From positions 608,001-672,000 of the forward strand of contig OZ245817.1 in NCBI GenBank assembly GCA_965228475.1: DNA of 64,000 nt. Direction: 5' to 3'. This document shows, one piece after another, positions 61,004 through 64,000 of the stretch (the first letter of the stretch is position 1; every line of letters begins with the position of its first letter). The position numbers and the translations under genes are program-made. Under the pieces are notes generated by a model. It was not told the origin of the DNA and made no database searches. It worked only from the letters and a program-made list of their open reading frames with translations. This DNA comes from Myxococcota bacterium (GTDB lineage Bacteria > Myxococcota_A > UBA9160 > JAFDDA01).

Positions 61004-61414
61004 GCACCGGGCAGGCGATCCTGGCGGCGTGGGCCCGGCCGGGCTCCGGCTTCGCGAGGACCTCTCTCCTACGCAGAATGCCGCGTACCGGCTCCGCAAA
61101 AGCCGGGAATCTTCCCATTGAAGGCAAGCGGCTACCGAAGCTTCCCACGCCCCCGCGAATGCTGCTCCGGGCTGCCGCCCAGGGCGGCATCTCGCGCTCC
61201 GGCCACCCGTTTTCCGACGCGCCCGTCAGGCCTCCAGCGCCCTGCTGCACCCACGCCTCACGAGGCGGCACCCGGCCGGCAAGCTTCACGCAATGGCCAC
61301 GCGACCTCGCCCCGCCTCGCGGACACAACCCCAAGCGGAGTGGCGCACGGGGCCGTCACGAAGGAAGTCGAGGCCGGCCGCCCGCTTCGGCCTCGAGCTG
61401 CCTGGCCGTGATGG

Positions 61415-61442
61415 TTGACACCGTTGCGTGCTGGGGTAGCTT
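61415..61442 (+). promoter_or_regulatory. putative sigma70 promoter upstream of arc
   Basis: TTGACA-16 nt-TAGCTT. Confidence 0.45.
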
Positions 61443-61721
61443 GCCCCAGAGTTCCAAAACGGCCATGAATTCCGCTACTTGTGAGGGCATGACGCACGTG
61501 GAGGTGCCCCGGGGAAACGCTTCGGCGAGGACCCCCGGCGGCGGACGGCCCTCCCCGGGCAGCCCTGCGGACGCTCGGAGCTCCTTTCCCTCCCCTGGCC
61601 CCCGCGGCGCGCGCCTCGGCCGGAACGGCGACCGCTTCGTTGGTGTCATCCCAGAGGCAGAAGCCCCGCACTTGCGGGTCGTTGCCTCCGGGACGGTGCT
61701 GGCTGGCGCGAGTTCGTTGCG

Positions 61722-61737
61722 CGGCACGCGCTTTGCA
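61722..61737 (+). promoter_or_regulatory. putative sigma54 (-24/-12) promoter of the arc-dop operon
   Basis: CGGCACGCGCTTTGCA versus consensus TGGCACG-N4-TTGC(A/T); exact GG-N10-GC spacing; 62 nt before the arc ATG. Confidence 0.65.
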
Positions 61738-61799
61738 CTGTGTCCGGTGAAGAAGGTCCCCCGCAACGGCCAGCGAACTGCGAGTGAGGAGAGGGCGAC

Positions 61800-63683
61800 A
61801 TGAGCGAGCACGACTCCGAGAATGGACGCAGAGGTTTCGTCCGCGACGTGATGCGACGCATCACGCCGGCCAACCCGCGCGGAGAGGATTCTCCGGCGGA
61901 GGGCGGCGCGGAAGAAATCCAGGACGTGGAAGACGCGCGCTTCGCCGGCGCTGCGGGTTCGCGCCGCGACTACGCTCAAGAGGCCGATGACCTTCGGGAC
62001 GCCATGCGCTTCTTCGGCAGCGACTCCGCCGAATTCCGACGCCGCCTCGACCGCCTGATGGCCGAGTTCGAAGCGCTGCGACGCCGCTACGAGCTCGCGC
62101 GCGATCAGCACACGGACGCCGAGCGCCAGAACGAGAAGCTCGTCGCCACGCTGCAGGAAGCGAAGCAGCAGATCGAGCTGCTCAAGGAAGAGGTCGACAA
62201 GCTGTGCGCACCGCCGAACAGCTACGGCGTCTTCCAGCGCGCGAACAAGGACGGCACGGCCGAGATCGTCGTCGACGGCAAGGCCATGCGCGTCAACGTG
62301 CACCCGAACCTCGATCCGCACCAGATCCTGGAAGGCCAGCTCTGCGTGCTGAACGAAGCCTTCAACATCGTGGAGCCCGCGGGCTATACCCAGCGCGGCG
62401 AGATCTCGACGATCTCGGAGCTCCTGGGCGACGGCCGCGCCGTCGTGCTCGGCCACACCGACGACGAGCGCGTCGTCACCCTGGCCGACCCGCTGCGCCA
62501 CGAGAAGCTGAAGGTCGGCGACAACCTGCTCGTCGATCCGCGCACCCAGTACGCCTTCGAGAAGATGCCGAAGTCGGCCGTCGAAGAGGTGGTGCTGGAA
62601 GAAGTGCCGGACGTGACCTACGAGCGCATCGGTGGGCTCGAGGAGCAGATCGAGGTCCTGCGCGACTCCGTCGAGCTGCCCTACACGCACCCCGAGGTGT
62701 TCGCCGAGCACCAGCTCTCGCCGCCGAAGGGCATCCTGCTCTACGGGCCTCCCGGCTGCGGCAAGACGCTGATCGCCAAGGCGGTCGCCAACAGCCTCGC
62801 CAAGAGCATCGAGGCCCGCACGGGCCGTGCCACGCCGGCGTACTTCTTGAACGTGAAGGGGCCCGAGCTCCTGAACAAGTACGTGGGTGAGACCGAGCAC
62901 AAGATCCGCGAGGTCTTCAAGAAGGCGCGGGAGAAGGCGAGCGAAGAGGTCCCGGTGGTGATCTTCTTCGACGAGATGGACTCGCTGTTCCGCATGCGCG
63001 GCTCGGGCGTCTCCTCGGACATGGAGGCCACGGTGGTGGCGCAGTTCCTGTCCGAGATCGACGGCGTCGAGTCCCTGAAGAACGTGATCGTGATCGGTGC
63101 CTCGAACCGTCAGGACCTGATCGACCCGGCCGTGCTGCGGCCTGGCCGGCTCGACCTGAAGGTCAAGGTGCAGCGGCCCGACGCCGAGGCGGCGCGCTCG
63201 ATCTTCCAGAAGTACCTCACGGCGGACCTGCCCTTCCACGCGGAAGCGCAGGAACAGTACGGGAGCGACGCCCAGAAGATCGTCGATGGCGTGATCAACG
63301 AGACCGTCGATCGCATGTACAGCACCGAGGAGGAGAACAAGTTCCTCGAGGTGACGTACGCCAAGGGCGAGCGCGAGATCTTCTACTTCAAGGACTTCTC
63401 GAGCGGCGCGATGATCGAGAACATCGTGGCCCGCGCGAAGAAGATGGCCGTGAAGCGGATGATCGATCACGAGGAACGCGGCATCAAAGCCGAGGACCTG
63501 ATCGAGGCCGTCAACGCGGAGTTCAAGGAGAACGAAGATCTCCCGAACACCACGAACCCGGACGACTGGGCCCGCATCTCGGGCAAGAAGGGCGAGCGCA
63601 TCATCAACGTCCGCACGATGATGACCGGCATCAGCCGCAAGGAGCGCTCGATCGAGAACGTGAGTTCGGGTCAGTATCTCTAG
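61800..63683 (+). CDS. arc: proteasome-associated AAA+ ATPase ARC/Mpa
   Basis: Coiled coil followed by PPNSYG; GPPGCGKT, KGPELLNKYVGETE, FFDEMD, EDLPNTTNPDDWARISGKKGERI; C-terminal GQYL; GAGGAG RBS. Confidence 0.95.
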   Translation: MSEHDSENGRRGFVRDVMRRITPANPRGEDSPAEGGAEEIQDVEDARFAGAAGSRRDYAQEADDLRDAMRFFGSDSAEFRRRLDRLMAEFEALRRRYELARDQHTDAERQNEKLVATLQEAKQQIELLKEEVDKLCAPPNSYGVFQRANKDGTAEIVVDGKAMRVNVHPNLDPHQILEGQLCVLNEAFNIVEPAGYTQRGEISTISELLGDGRAVVLGHTDDERVVTLADPLRHEKLKVGDNLLVDPRTQYAFEKMPKSAVEEVVLEEVPDVTYERIGGLEEQIEVLRDSVELPYTHPEVFAEHQLSPPKGILLYGPPGCGKTLIAKAVANSLAKSIEARTGRATPAYFLNVKGPELLNKYVGETEHKIREVFKKAREKASEEVPVVIFFDEMDSLFRMRGSGVSSDMEATVVAQFLSEIDGVESLKNVIVIGASNRQDLIDPAVLRPGRLDLKVKVQRPDAEAARSIFQKYLTADLPFHAEAQEQYGSDAQKIVDGVINETVDRMYSTEEENKFLEVTYAKGEREIFYFKDFSSGAMIENIVARAKKMAVKRMIDHEERGIKAEDLIEAVNAEFKENEDLPNTTNPDDWARISGKKGERIINVRTMMTGISRKERSIENVSSGQYL

Positions 63684-63697
63684 CACGGCGTTTCGAA

Positions 63698-63760
63698 CGC
63701 ACCGGAAGACCGTGATGCACACGATCTTCCGGTGCGGCGCCGGCCGCCTCGGATGCGGCC
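63698..63760 (+). other. intercistronic hairpins between arc and dop
   Basis: CGCACCGGAAGA/TCTTCCGGTGCG 12-bp stem plus CGTG/CACG; then GGCCGC/GCGGCC. Confidence 0.6.
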
Positions 63761-63837
63761 TTGGGAAAAGGCACTATCCTCAAGGTCCGCGTTTCTCGAC
63801 GGTTTTCGGGCGACTGGCGCGGACGCACGGGGGTTGA

Positions 63838-64000
63838 ATGGCCATTCCGAAGGTCATGGGTACGGAGATCGAGTTCGGCATCACGGTCCAGAACGACCGC
63901 GATTTCGACCCCATCTCGAGCTGCGTCCTACTCGTCAACGCCTACCGCGAAGAGCACGACGCGAAGATCCTCTGGGACTACGACCAGGAGAACCCGCTCG
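63838..64000 (+). CDS. dop: Pup deamidase/depupylase Dop (PafA family), 3'-truncated by window edge
   Basis: MAIPKVMGTEIEFGI...LLVNAY...WDYDQENPL: the GxExE motif plus the WDY..ENPL Dop-loop; directly after arc. Confidence 0.82.
   Translation, partial: MAIPKVMGTEIEFGITVQNDRDFDPISSCVLLVNAYREEHDAKILWDYDQENPL

Noticed and set aside
61465..61803. 112-aa ORF ending in an ATGA overlap with arc
   Set aside because: No RBS, atypical codon usage, not Pup-like (no terminal GGE/GGQ); the overlap follows automatically from ATG-AGC

Overview
Very GC-rich, densely coding chromosomal window from a diderm bacterium (lolA, TonB-dependent receptor, lgt, a Myxococcus-type PilZ protein), most likely Myxococcota/deltaproteobacterial; the taxon is inferred from gene content only. 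About 65 CDSs, mostly housekeeping and lipid/redox metabolism: ilvC, acyl-CoA dehydrogenase, enoyl-CoA hydratases, P450, ETF-QO, npdG, class II RNR nrdJ with tandem NrdR boxes, moaC, an ECF sigma/anti-sigma pair, radC, ssb, ftsK and lolA. No rRNA, tRNA, CRISPR array, transposase or integrase was seen. Highlights: (1) the start of a Pup/UBact-type proteasome operon (arc ending GQYL, then a truncated dop) behind a near-consensus sigma54 promoter and an ~800-bp hairpin-rich non-coding region; (2) an archaeal AglB-like oligosaccharyltransferase with a WSDGH variant motif, divergent from a polyprenol-phosphate glycosyltransferase; (3) a candidate leader-peptide attenuator upstream of a GNAT acetyltransferase; (4) a nitrosocyanin-like cupredoxin lipoprotein with a changed ligand set; (5) a coiled-coil plus methyltransferase-like protein beside two glycosyltransferases; (6) recurrent 21-bp tandem duplications. 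All assignments are by-eye motif recognition with no database searches, and start codons are best guesses.
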